Source: Octopus sinensis
Lineage: Eukaryota
Direction of reading: 5' to 3'
Assembly (NCBI RefSeq): GCF_006345805.1
Contig: NC_043003.1
Location: 49,228,001-49,292,000, forward strand
DNA: 64,000 nt
The notes under the pieces were generated by a model. That model worked only from the letters and a program-made list of their open reading frames with translations. It had not been told where the DNA came from and did not search any database. Each line of letters begins with the position of its first letter. Positions within the stretch are counted from its first letter, which is position 1. Made by a program: the position numbers and the translations under genes. Shown here piece by piece: positions 1 through 12,427 of this stretch.

Positions 1-511
1 AACTGAGAGTGATAGTAGTGAGAAGGAAGTTTTGTTGTCACCAGTCCATCATGAGACAGGGCTACATGGTTTAGTAGCTATATCTCCTTCAAATACTCAT
101 AAAAGGGGCATTTTAGATTTATTCAATTCTACATATCCCTAAAAATAAAAGACGCGTACGACTGCAAAATTAGCACAGAGAAATTATCGATGACTGTCCG
201 ACAACGGACAGAGTCAACGACTATTGAAAAGGTTGCAAGACGCATCGAAAATTTCAGTGAAAATAAATAAGTTAATGAGTAGAAATCAGACCGGTGAATG
301 GGTAAAATTAATAAGGCACTAAAAGAAAATAACTCTCTCCAGACACAATAAAATATGCTTCAACACACGAATTCACATAAAGAATCTTGCAGACCAAATA
401 TTATGTAACTTGATATAAGAAGAGACAAAAATTTAGATAATCATTTTATATTTATGATTTATATTAACACACTAAATGCATAAATACAAACATAAAATTA
501 AGATAAGGAAT

Positions 512-1835
512 ATATTTATATCGTATTTAGAAAGAAATAGGAGTTATATGAGGTAAAAATGTACATGAAAAGGGTAAATAAAGAAAGGCTGATATATCGA
601 TTAAAAATCATATTAAATATAAATTTAAGGATAAAAGACATTCAAATAAAGATTGAAAGTTATAAAATACATCGGCAGTAGTGGCAAATCCTAATTATAG
701 ATTTAAAACTTTAGAGGAGTTTCGAAGAAATGTTTTATAGCGGGTTATAACGTCAGATAAGTATCAGGCTAGAACATATATAGGTAGTACTGTTGATATA
801 TATATATATATATATAAAAGATGTAGCACGCGTTTAAATTCATTTATTAACATTAATAAAAAATTCTTTATTTTTATTTTATTTTTTAAATTCTCACATC
901 ATCCTTCACTGGGCACTTTTTTAATTCTCCCATCATCTTTCACTAGAGGTTGCCTTCATATATAAGCGTGAATCATCGCAGAAGTGATTAATATCAAATG
1001 GAGTAGCCGATGACTAACGTAATGTAACCAAAATTTTTCTTTCTTTCTTTATTTTCTCTTACATGTCTTCAAACTTGATTAATTTTCTATTTACTTATTC
1101 CTGATGAAAGGGACATGTCAGTGTGAATCTAAAGGATTCATACCTGCTGACTAATGAACTCCAGAAACGGCCGTCAAATTGCTTCATATTCTTTTCTACT
1201 CTCGGCACAAGGGTCGAAAGTTTTGGGGAGAGCGGTCAGTTGATTACATCGACCTCAGTACGCAACTGGTACTTAATTTATCGACCAGGAAAGGATGAAA
1301 GGCAAAGTCGCTGTCAGCGGAATTTGAACTCAGAAAATAGACAGATAAAATACCTATTTCTTTACTATCCACAAGGGGCTAAACACACAGAGGACAAACA
1401 CGGACAGACAAATGGATTAAGTCCATTATATCGACCGCAGTGCGTAACTGGTACTTAATTAATCGACTCCGAAAGGATGAAAGGCAAAGTCGACCTCGGC
1501 GAAATTTGAACTCAGACCGTAACGGAAGACGAAATACCTCTAAGCATTTCGCCCGGCGTGCTAACGTTTCCGCCAGCTCGCCGCCTTCGAATTGTTTCAT
1601 ATTGACGTTATAATCATCTATAAAAAATTTCTTCGGAACTTTTCTAAACTTTAAAATCCATAATTAGGAGTTGCCACTACTGCCGATGTGTTTTATAATT
1701 TTCAATCGTTATTTCAACGTCTTTTAACCTTAAATTTGAATTTAATAAGATTTTTAATCGCTATTTCAACTTATATTTATTTACTCTTTTTATGTACATT
1801 TTTACCTCATATAACTCCTATTTCTATCTAAATAA
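512..1835. mobile_element. Fold-back / MITE-like element with ~220-bp inverted arms, interrupted by a SINE dimer
   Basis: ~512-740 (GAAATAGGAGTTATATGAGGTAAAAATGTACAT...CGGCAGTAGTGGCAA) is the reverse complement of ~1617-1835 (TTGCCACTACTGCCG...ATGTACATTTTTACCTCATATAACTCCTATTTC). Confidence 0.7.
1191..1589 (-). mobile_element. tRNA-derived SINE family A, dimeric copy
   Basis: Minus-strand tRNA-like head GGCGGCGAGCTGGCGGAAACGTTAGCACGCC with B box GAGTTCAAATTTC. The core GCCTTTCATCCTTTCGGAGTCGAT occurs twice. 14-bp TSD AATTGCTTCATATT (1177-1190) / AATTGTTTCATATT (1590-1603). Confidence 0.85.
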
Positions 1836-2528
1836 TATCAATCAAATACAGTAGGGGTTGAATATATTTTTAAGTCCACCATTTTGTCAATTGCAGCAGC
1901 TTCCAAGTTTCACCACTAATTCAGTTCTCAACTAAATTGCAAACTGCTAATAGTTTTAAAGGGGACACCTCCTCAGCTACACTTAGCCATAAATAGTTTG
2001 AGATTTGGTTCGGTAGAAAAATAGTTACATCAAAATATCTGCGACCTCAAGGCAAATATTCATCTTCAATTAACATAAATTTTCTAATTTTAAATTAAAA
2101 GTATACTTTTCTTACGCTTAAATGTTAGGAAATGCACGATGAATTCACAATCACTAGTTACATTGAACAAAAATGAGTAGAAAAAAGAGTTATGAGGTAA
2201 AATATTACTAAATTTAATGTCAGTAAGTAAGGGAATAAGAAATTAACGCTTAAGCAATAAGAATAAAAAATATATTTCAAAAATGAATGTTTACATTCTA
2301 AATCGGCCAGCTGGCAGAAGCGGTTCAAATTTCGCCAACGTAGACTTTAGTGTACAGATTATTTAATTATTTTTCTTTTCAAATAAACACTTTCAAACTT
2401 CCGATACTGTCACATAGAACGGGGTTTATGACAAAATTTTGTATTTTAGAAGTTATTTCGTTAGAAGTTACAGAGTGCCAATGCACGAAACTCTCAGCTT
2501 TTGAATTACACTCTAACTTCTGCCGATG

Positions 2529-2624
<96 letters not shown>

Positions 2625-3340
2625 TACATATATATGTAAAAAAAATCTCATCACGCAATCGAACCAATGAAAGAGCCTCTACCTGGTCACTCGACACGCT
2701 AAAAATACCAACCAAAGTATCCTCCTACCTAAATCACACGCCCATTGTATGTAATGTCCTAGATTATCCCTAAAAAGACGGTTGGCTGAAGGCTGGAATG
2801 TTTTTGATGATAGGTTTGCAGTATCAGGGTTGATTTGAGGCTAAATAACAACATTATGGTAAATTTCTATATCAACACCCTCACGATTTTCACTAAGAAA
2901 AAAGAAAAAAAAAGATTTCTTTTGCGTGGAATCAATATGCTGCGAATCCCTTATTTTGGTTCGGAAAAAATGAGGTGGTGGCCCAATCCTGGAATCATTG
3001 GAAATCTTTTTTTCGTTGAATGAATTCCTGTGACCTAATATTGCAAAATTAGGTAACTGATTGTTTTGGGGTTTTGGGGTTTTGTTGTTTGTAACTTTTG
3101 GTGAGCCATGATGCAACCAACAACATGGTAAACATTCCTACCTTTAATTTGGTATGGATGCGTAATATCAAATCATTCAATCACGACATATATTTAAATT
3201 AAACACGAAAGAATTGAAATATCATCACTTACATGGAAAAATTGAAATATTATCTTTCAGCATTTTATAAGGTAAAATCTTTTATTATTAATTGACACAT
3301 TATTAATTATCTTATGACAGCAATGCCTAGAAAAATCATG

Positions 3341-3858
3341 GATTACATGGAAACATGCGAACAGGAAAAGTAATATTCTGAAGATTATAAACCTGGAAAA
3401 GTACAGGACAAGTTATAACACCTTCAAAAGTATAGGACAAGTATCACTTCTTAGTAAAGTAAAGAATAAGAAACGTTTTACTTAAAATGTTGCAGCTAAA
3501 ATCAAAATTTGAATATTAAAACTTATTTTATTATAGTTTTCAAATAACATTATACTTATTTAAGTATAATTTGGCTAATTTACTACCTTAAATGCAGAAA
3601 AATGTGACTAATTCGACAAACTTACAAATTAGCTGACCAGTTTTGTACAATAAACTTAGAAGAGAACTGTAAAGAATGATTAATTAGAAGTACTGGCATT
3701 CTTTGCTGCAATTTTTAAAGTAAAATGTTTCTTATTCTCTACTTCACTAAAAGTAATAGCTTGTCCTATACTTTTACAGGTGTAATAACCTGTCCTGTAC
3801 TTTTCCAGGTTTACAACCTTAAGAAAATTAATTTTCATGCCCCCATTTTCCATGTAAT
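3341..3858. mobile_element. MITE-like fold-back, ~155-bp inverted arms
   Basis: 3341-3496 (ACCTGGAAAAGTACAGGACAAGTTATAACACC...) is the reverse complement of 3705-3858 (...GGTGTAATAACCTGTCCTGTACTTTTCCAGGT). Confidence 0.75.
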
Positions 3859-4079
3859 ATGAATAGGTTCCTTGTCTTGTTGTAACCTTATGTTATATAT
3901 TTGGATGTATTTATGTATTTATTATGTTGATATAAATCATAAATATAAAATGATTATCTAAATTTTTGTCTCTTCTTATACTAAATTACATAATGCGTAG
4001 CGTCTCGGGTTTGACCTGAGCACTTTCAAGCAATCGAGCAAAAGAACTTTTTCGAAAGAAAAAAAAACAATATCTTTTA

Positions 4080-4121
<42 letters not shown>

Positions 4122-5948
4122 CAAACGAAAGACAGAAGAAGGAATATACGAGAATATATTATTAATCACAACAACTGTTTCGACACATCTAGCATCGACT
4201 CCTCTTGTGGGACACAAAAACTGGTACAGCAGTGGTGCAGACGTATTTCGTCGGGTGATAAATAAATAAAAAAAATCTCGTTGAAATGACAGGAGAGAGA
4301 AAAACAACCAGGCGGAGGAAAATTCTTCATATATATAGAAGATCCAAAATAAAATTGCAGAAGACAGATAAGTATGAGACGTCTTAACTGATACTTTTCT
4401 CTTCTATTTTTAAATATTTGAAGTTGCCCAGTTGTTGTAGTGATGTGCATGAATACAACACATCCAGATTTAGCTGGATTTATTACGTAGATTGTGAATA
4501 AAACTGAATGCTGGTAAAGTGAGATATCACAAGCTACGTGAATGTAGTTTCTGAGAAGTTAGTATACAACTAAAGTAGTTGTAACAAGTTTGACGTGGAC
4601 AATAAAACTAGAGATTTTTAAGAATATAGCAAAAAAGGCACATGTAGATAATTCAGAAGAGCATCAGTGTAACATTAATGAGGTAGTATAAAATTTACGT
4701 GATTTGCATGGTTAATATTTACAAGATCAACTTCCTATGATAAAGGCAAGAAGAAAAATCCAAGCTTTGAGGTTTAACAAATCAAGTGGCAGCGTCAGCA
4801 TATAACTCTTCTCAGATAAACATGAAAGGCACTCGAACTCAAATATGTGCAAGGTAGCAGTCTAAATAATGAGTAAGTTTGTCACGAAATATGCATTCTT
4901 TTATCTTTCGGGTGTCAGAGCACAGAATGTGGAGTTATTTCTTGAGCATTCGTTTCTCAACGAAAAAATAGGCTGATTAATTTTTATTTCAAAAGTTTTC
5001 TCTTTAGTTAGGCATAACGTTGTGGTTCGCTCAGTTTACCACACAATTTTGGTGACATTTATCGTCTAGAGGGCAGGTATTACAGAAAGGTACTTCTACT
5101 GGGTTGGTAAGATTTGGATGTAGCACCTTCTAATTGCCACACTAACCATTATGCTTAGTTCTTCCTTTCCAAAGCGTCGGCCTTTTGGATTCTCCTTTTT
5201 ATTGCTGTCTTTTCTGGAGATAATGTCTTTCAGCAGAACTTTCTGGAGATAATGTCTTTCAGAGATAATGTCTTTCGGGTGGGCCTAAAAAGGCTCTGGG
5301 CAATGACCCTTCCTCCAAATTCAGCAATTACAAAAAGAGCAACAAAAATACATAAAAGGAATAGGTTTCAAAGAATTCCTTTCCAACTAACAGTTATTTT
5401 TTTCAGTTGATTATCATTATGGTGGTGGTGAACTTAGAACAATTGTAACTCACCATAACATACATTTGTTGAATATTTTGAGGAAAATTGGTTTATATAT
5501 GAAAATTTTTGTAGGAAAGTTCGGGCGATATTTGAGATGCCACTGAAGTTAAATGGTGAGTTATACGATATGACTGATACTTTTTATCTGTTTTTGTAAC
5601 TAATTGAATTGCTTTGTCTTGTTACTTTATCTATGATTTCGTTAAATCCACCTGTGTGCAATGCGTCGCAATAATATTTAGCAGCGAATCTAATATATAT
5701 TTCAGCAGACTTTCAGTATCAGAAATGCTTTCTCATAAAACTCTAGTTTCTAAGAAGTTCCTGTAGCATTCCCAGACAATAAAATGTTGCATATACTCTA
5801 CCTATTGAGTCCTTTTTCTGTTTATATAACCAAATGTGCGTGTGTTCTCTTGTACATATGTGTACAAGCACACATGCACACATATACCAGACATATATGT
5901 GTGTATACTATGCATATACAAATACACACACACTCACTTGTATATATG

Positions 5949-5979
<31 letters not shown>

Positions 5980-6147
5980 TATATATATGTATGTATGATG
6001 TATATAATGTGTGTTAACATGTATACACATATATACATGTATATCTATTTATATATTCATATGTATCTATTTAGATATATATAATTCCCTATATATGTGT
6101 ATATATAAGTATATATATATATGTTTGCGTATGTATATGTATATATG

Positions 6148-6203
<56 letters not shown>

Positions 6204-6244
6204 ATATACATAGATAAAAGGAAGAAGATGCGTGGTGTTCAATC

Positions 6245-6586
6245 AACCCCCGGACTCGACTCGGGACTTATTCTTTGTAAGCCCAGTACTTATTCTATCG
6301 GTCTCTTTTGCCGAACCGCTAAGTAACGGGGACATAAACACACCAGCATCGCTTGTCAAGCAATGCTAGGGGGACAAACACAGACACACAAACATACACG
6401 CACACATATATATATACATATATACGACGGGATTCTTTCAGTTTCCGTCTACCAAATCCACTCACAAGCCTTTGGTCGGCCCGAGGCTCTAGTAGAAGAC
6501 ACTTGCCCAAGGTGCCACGCAGTGGGACTGAACCCGGAACCATGTGGTTGGTAAGCAAGCTACTTACCACACAGCCACTCCTGCGT
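6245..6586 (-). mobile_element. tRNA-derived SINE family B (internal TA/TG microsatellite)
   Basis: Minus head CGCAGGAGTGGCTGTGTGGTAAG...GGTTCCGGGTTCAGTCCCACTGCGTGGCACCTTGGGCAAG; body shared with at least seven other copies in the window. Confidence 0.85.
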
Positions 6587-7654
6587 TATATGTTATTTAT
6601 ATTATTATTATTATTATTATGTTTTTTCCTTGTTTCTTCAAATATTCTTCCGTTTCTCGCCGAGTGTTTTCCATACATCTAAGGCAGAGAAGGGCATTGT
6701 ATGCATTCCCAGATTACACGCGCAGATTCACAGATAAAATATATATTTAAAAATTAATAAATAAATAAATTCATGGACGGATGTTATTATTATTATTAAT
6801 ATTATTAATATTATTATTATTATCAATATATTATTAATATTATTATTAATATTATTATTATTATTATCATTAATATATATCTATATATTTAGTTGTGCGT
6901 ACGTATATGTGTATGCGCGTGTGAGTGAATTTGTTTGCGTGTGCTTGAATTTGTTTGTGTGTGTACGTTGAGGGAGAGAGTACGCTGTATATGTGTGTGT
7001 GTATGTGTGTATATGTGAGTATACACATACATATTGTGTGTGTGTATATATATATATATATATACATACACATAATATATATGTATGTATGTATATAGAT
7101 ACATACACACATGCATCCACACATCCAAAAGGTATTCTCCCTCTCTTTCTTTCTCCCTTTGTGTCTCTTTGCGATACACACTTGAGATTATGCACCGGTA
7201 CGATATAATTAGCTGAATCTCTCGAAATCAGGAAAATCAGCACCTCTCCATCACTGAAGCTGAATAACGAAACCCAGTTAAAGAATAAAAAAAGTTGTAC
7301 GCTAATTCTTGCACACACACATACACACGTATACGCACGCATGCGCATGCTTGCACACGCATGCAAATGCAAGCTCATCAATCAAACGATTTTGCCCCGC
7401 CCTTCCTTTTGTCTATACAACATCAAAAAGGCTCAGCTATGGCTACTATAAAATATAAAAATATCCCATATATAATTCTAGTCGTTGCTACAAAACATGC
7501 TTCTGTGAACTTGTCATTGCTAATAAGACCTTCATAGTTATGAATACGTCTCTTTCTTTCTCTCTCTCTCTCTCACTATATATATATATATATAATATAT
7601 ATATATATATATAATATATATATATATGTATATATGTATGCTCATAGGGCCATG

Positions 7655-7950
7655 GCATCGTATAGGGCCTCATGACCAAGTGGTTGTGGTGTTGCATTCA
7701 CGGTCGCAAGATCCCGGTTTCAATTACTTGACTGGGCGCTGCGTTGTGTTCTAGAGGAAAACACCTCATCTCACGCTGCTCTGCGATCACTTTGACACCT
7801 GACGTGTGGTACACCGTGCACGTGTTCAGATAGTGTCGATTTGATGGAGAGAGAGTGAGTTAATGTCCGGCACATACATTCCATCGCTATAAACAAATCA
7901 TTTGTGCAGTTCGTTCAGCAGAAGCTGAACACTCATACGTAGTCTTCGTC
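7655..7950 (+). mobile_element. Diverged tRNA-derived SINE
   Basis: A-box-like TGACCAAGTGG and B-box-like GGTTTCAATTAC, followed by GCGTTGTGTTCTAGAGGAAAACACCTCATCTCACGCTGCTC, which is similar to 24970-25010. Confidence 0.6.
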
Positions 7951-8109
7951 GGGTGAGTCCATCATATATATATTTTCTCATCAGAGGTACAAGTAAATCG
8001 AGTAAAGTGCTTTAAAAATTAAGAAAGCTTAAAATACCTCCTACTCACAGAACTTGAAGTCATATCGAGTAATGTTATAATTTTGAAAAAATGTTATGTT
8101 ATGCTATGC

Positions 8110-8550
8110 TTGGGAAAACCCGTCGAGCCAAGCGAAATCAAGTCGTAGCTGATGCTGGTGTCACATAACTGGAATCCATACCCGTGGCACGTAAAAGCAC
8201 TTTTCGAGTGTTGGGCCTCACGGAGCAAAGTGGCTGAGCTCCTTTCGAGTGTTGGGCTTCAAGGAGACAATGACCTAGACCTTTGGCATTATGTTGTGCT
8301 TGAGAAGAAGAACCATTAAGCCAAGTAAAAGCGAAGACGTGGCAGATACCAGTGTCACGCAAATGGTATCTGTGCTGGTGACACGTAAAAGCACTCATTA
8401 CGCTCTCGGAGTGGTTGGTGTTACGAACCATACCAAATCATACTGGAGTCTGGTGCAGCCTTCCAGCTTGTTAGCCCTGGTCAAATCGTCCAACCTATGC
8501 CAGCTGGAGAGCTTGACAACGGGCGTTAGATGATGATGATGATGATGATA
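8110..8550 (+). mobile_element. SINE/LINE 3' fragment with internal duplications and (GAT)n tail
   Basis: Repeated GCACGTAAAAGCAC and CTTTCGAGTGTTGGGC blocks; ends GGTCAAATCGTCCAACCTATGCCAGC...GTTAGATGATGATGATGAT, resembling RTE-related tails (from memory). Confidence 0.5.
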
Positions 8551-8748
8551 ACCTGAAATGGCTCTGGCGAAAGGAGTATTAATTTTTTTAGGTCGTTTAA
8601 TTTTTCTAGAATGATCGAGGGAGCAAATGATTAAACCTAGCAGTAATGTACCTATAAAAACTACTGGAAACAGCTGTAGCCAAATTTGCTATAATATTGG
8701 AAAAAAGTATTAATGACCATTATTTTAACATTCTCTCTCTCTTATATA

Positions 8749-8809
<61 letters not shown>

Positions 8810-9264
8810 AAAAAATGAAGTTCGAAAATGCTGCTGTATTATACAATTTTTAATTTTTATATATACATTATAACTGTTTCAGTTCCTGAATGAACCTTAT
8901 CAAAAAAAGTTATATATAAAAAAAGACAGCTCATGCCGTCAAACACAAGAAATTCATTTATAATACACAACGGAGTCAGACATCTTAGAGTTCATGTATA
9001 GTTGATATATAGTTCATGTATAGTTGATATATAGTTTGATTATATGTTCAAAGTGTTCGATGCAGTGGCCCACGGTGGCGATACGTATTCAATACAAAAA
9101 ACAGATCAAAGTGGTGGAAAGCGGTCAATACAGAAGATTGATGTTTCCGAAGAGCGAGGAATTCATTTTTACCTTAAGCAATTGTGATGACCCATGGTGG
9201 AAGTTCGCTGGTGTTCTAGTGAGTTTTTGTGAAATGCTCGGTTTTATAATGCCTGTTAGGTGGT

Positions 9265-9705
9265 CAATCTAGCGTAGCGTGACGTCATCAATGTTTTGAC
9301 CAATCGTTTCGTTAGGTGGCTTTAATCAAGTAGAACGGGACGTCATCATTATTTTGACCAATCGCTGCATTATAACTCCTCTTGTTTGTTTCCTGTTTTG
9401 ACCAGTCGCTTCGTTAGTCAAGTAGAACGGGACGTCATCATTTTTTGACCAATCGCTGCATTATATCTGCCTCTTGTTTGTTTCCTGTTTTGACCAGTCG
9501 CTTCGTTAGTCAAGCAGAGCGGGACGTCATCCAGATTCTGCCCATCACGACTTATAGCTACATTAGATCTCCCCCTGTCTGTACTTGTTAGGTGACTATT
9601 CAAGCAGAAAAGGACGTCATCAATATTCTGACTAATGACTGTCCCCTGTTTGTATCCTGTCCATTCTAGCAGAGCTAGACGTCATCAACTTGTTGACCAA
9701 TCATA
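9265..9705. repeat. Degenerate tandem array (~58-92-bp units) in the PLE 3' region
   Basis: GACGTCAT recurs at 9281, 9339, 9431, 9523, 9613 and 9678; most copies are followed ~8 bp later by TGACCAATC or a variant. Confidence 0.85.
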
Positions 9706-9869
9706 ATCGGGTCTGACCCTTAGCTGTATCGTATGTATCAGGGTCGGATTTGCACGAAAGAATTTTTTTCCTTTTTTACTAAAGCATATTTCCGTCAGAG
9801 TGAGTGTCTGTTTGAAGTCGCGGCCGTGGTGAAATTTGGTTCTCCTTTTCGGAGGACTTATCTTTTGTT

Positions 9870-11165
9870 TTAGTATTCCTGGCCCAGGGTGTTTAAACTT
9901 GGTCTAAATTTTTTTATGAAATATAGTTCTTTATTTTGGCGTTGTGTGAAGGTTGCGTTGTCACTGAATTTATAGAGCGGGTTAGTTGTAAATTTCGGAT
10001 TTACATTTCCAGCACATCTATCTATGTGTCCGCTGACCGGTATTTTGCGGTAATCAGGGTTTCTAATTGTGATTTATGCACCGCCATCCTGTTACGTAAG
10101 CTATTTTTTGTATGGCCTATATACTGCCTATTGCAGCCTGCGCATGTTATGGCGTAAATTAAGTTTTCTGATGCGCAGGTGAAGTTTGTTCTAATGGTGA
10201 ACTGGTGGCCTTGTTCCAGTATAAATTCTGATCCTTCTTTCAAGATGACACAGATTCCGCAGTTGGGCCTTCCACATTTTCTAACTGCTGGTTTTGTGGT
10301 TGATGTTGAGTGCAGTGTAGCTTGGGTTAAAATCCTTTTCAAGGATTTTGGTTGCCGTTTACTTTAATGATGGTGTGTGTTTCGAGGATCCGGTTCATCT
10401 TTGGGTCTCCCTTTAGTAGGGCTGTGCTTTGTAGTATGGTGTTGAAGGCCTCATTTTTGAGTGGGTTGTGTGTAGAGATGTAGGGAAGGGTTTTTAATTG
10501 TTCTTTCTTTTTTGGTTTTGTTTGTCTCAGGTCTTCTATACTTAATTTAAGTACCCGTTGGATTGCACTGTCTATTAGGGGCTGTGGATAGTTTCTATTT
10601 GTGAGTGTGGTTCTAAGTTCCTGGAGACTGGTGTGTCGGGTGTTTGTGTCTGATATTATGGTGCAAATCCTTCTAGCTAAACAAAAAGGGACATTCATTC
10701 TAGTGTGTCGTGGGTGCATGAATCAAAGGGTAGGTACTGTTTAGAGTCTGTCGGTTTATAGTAGATATCTGTCTCTATTTTGTTGCCGGTTTTCTTAATG
10801 ATGATGTCTAAAAATGGTAATTCTTTTTCGTTGTGGTCCATCGTGAATTGTATATTGTCATTTATTCCATTAATAGAATTTTAAATTCCTCAAGTTTCTC
10901 TATGCCTTTGTCCCAGATGATGAAACAGTCATCGAGGTATCTTTTCAGTTGTTATGGATATAGGTGGCGAAGGTGTTTCCATATTTCTCGAGTGTCATCC
11001 GGTATAGTATTTTCTCGAGGTATCCCATCACTAGGTTGGCAAAAGATGGTGCAGTACGCGTGCCCATCGCTGTTCCCGATCTTTGCCTGTAGAAATCATT
11101 GTCAAAAATAAAATAATTGTTCTCTAAAATGAATCTAAGTCCTTCTATTATAAGGTCTTTGTTTA
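9870..11165 (-). pseudogene. Frameshifted PLE reverse transcriptase + GIY-YIG endonuclease ORF
   Basis: Three ORF-track pieces (10945-11232, 10339-10719, 10022-10342) join through small frameshifts. The ORF ends ...KELYFIKKFRPSLNTLGQEY* at 9870. Confidence 0.9.
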
Positions 11166-11167
11166 TA

Positions 11168-12427
11168 TATTGGGTCAACCTATAAATAATGCGGTTTATA
11201 TATATATATATATTTTTTATTATGATAAACAAAGACCTTTTTTAATCTAAAATATATTCTCCATTTTCTACAATGCTCTTCCCTCTCTCTGGTAGACTTT
11301 CAAGGCCCCCTCTTCTAGAATTCACTTGTCCATGATGAAAATTACTTCTCCAGTACTGTTCTGACCTCGTCTACAGAATTCATATTTTTCCGTCCAAACG
11401 ATTTTGAAGGCTCCGGAATAAATGATAATCAGATAAGTCAATGTTCGGCGAATGTGATGAGTAAGGCATCATTTCCCATTCAAACTGCTCCAGTCTTTGG
11501 AATGTCATCCTCGTTGTATGTGGCCGAGCATTATCCTCAAGGAAGAATACCTTTTGTCTTGAAAGCAAAGGTGGTTGTTTTACTCCTAGCGCTGACTTAA
11601 GCCGCTTAAGCTGCTCGCAGAAGATCTTTGTTATCGTTTGGTTTTGGTTTAAAAGTTCAAAGTGGACTAAAGCTTTCATATCCTACCAAACAGATAACAC
11701 CTTACGTGATTGGAATACCAGTGTTTCTCCTTTACCTACCCACTGTCTTCGGCGCTTGACATTTTTATAGAGAACCCATTTCTCATCACCAGTCACTATT
11801 CAGTCCAAAATAGGTTCATTAGCGAGACGTAAGAGCAAAGAAGAGCACACATTCACTCTCTGCGCGAGATTATACTCGAAAAGTTTATGAGGAACACATT
11901 GACGCAATTTTCTGACTTTTTCGAAAGCACGCAGGTGTCGATGAATGGTTGAATGACCAAATCCAAGCCTCTCTGCTAGTTACTCAAAAGTTACGATCGG
12001 ATTTTGTTCCACCAGGGTTTACAGGACATCCTCGTCGAGTTCTACAGATCTTCCAGGATGAGGCTCAACTTCTAGGCTGTAGTTTCCGGCTCGGAATTTC
12101 TGGAGCCACCGTTGACACTGGCTTATGCTTATTGTCTGATCTCCATATACTGCATTAATATTCTCTGCACTTTCTGTTGCGTTGTTGCCTTTATTGAACT
12201 CATAAAGCAAAATATGCTGAATATGCTCCTTTGTCACGTCCATTACAGTTTTGAAAAAATAACTGTTAAAATCGAACTGCACTCTTCAAAACTTGCGCTA
12301 ACAATAAATACAAGGTATAATTACCACCTGCTTTATAGTAAGTTGATGCAGATAGTTAATCCCATCCCTCTCTGACTGTTAATTCATGCAACTGAAAAAA
12401 CCGCATTATTTATGGGATGATCCAATA
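11168..12427 (-). mobile_element. Full-length defective mariner transposon (1260 bp)
   Basis: TIRs TATTGGGTCAACCTATAAATAATGCGG / CCGCATTATTTATGGGATGATCCAATA with TA flanks. Transposase remnants: KEHIQHILLYEF...RW.QKFRAG, ITGDEKW-like, DNARPH, SPNIDLSDYHLFRSL. Confidence 0.93.

Larger units (their letters stand above)
8806..11165 (-). mobile_element. Penelope-like element (Neptune-type), 5'-truncated
   Basis: RT motifs FYRQRSGTAMGTRTAPSFANL and YLDD (10928-10939), then LPFLD, TDIYYKPTDS, HPRHT...RRICTI, a CxxxxCxxC linker and GIY-YIG (LIYAITCAGC..QYIGHT...R...H). ~1-kb 3' UTR ending at (TA)n. Confidence 0.93.

Noticed and set aside
1849-1900. TA-CAGTAGGGGTTGAAT, a Tc1-like terminus
   Set aside because: No matching opposite terminus or transposase remnant found.
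9265-9705. Repeat-spacer appearance suggesting a CRISPR array
   Set aside because: The 'spacers' are homologous to each other, the units are degenerate, the context is eukaryotic and there are no cas genes.
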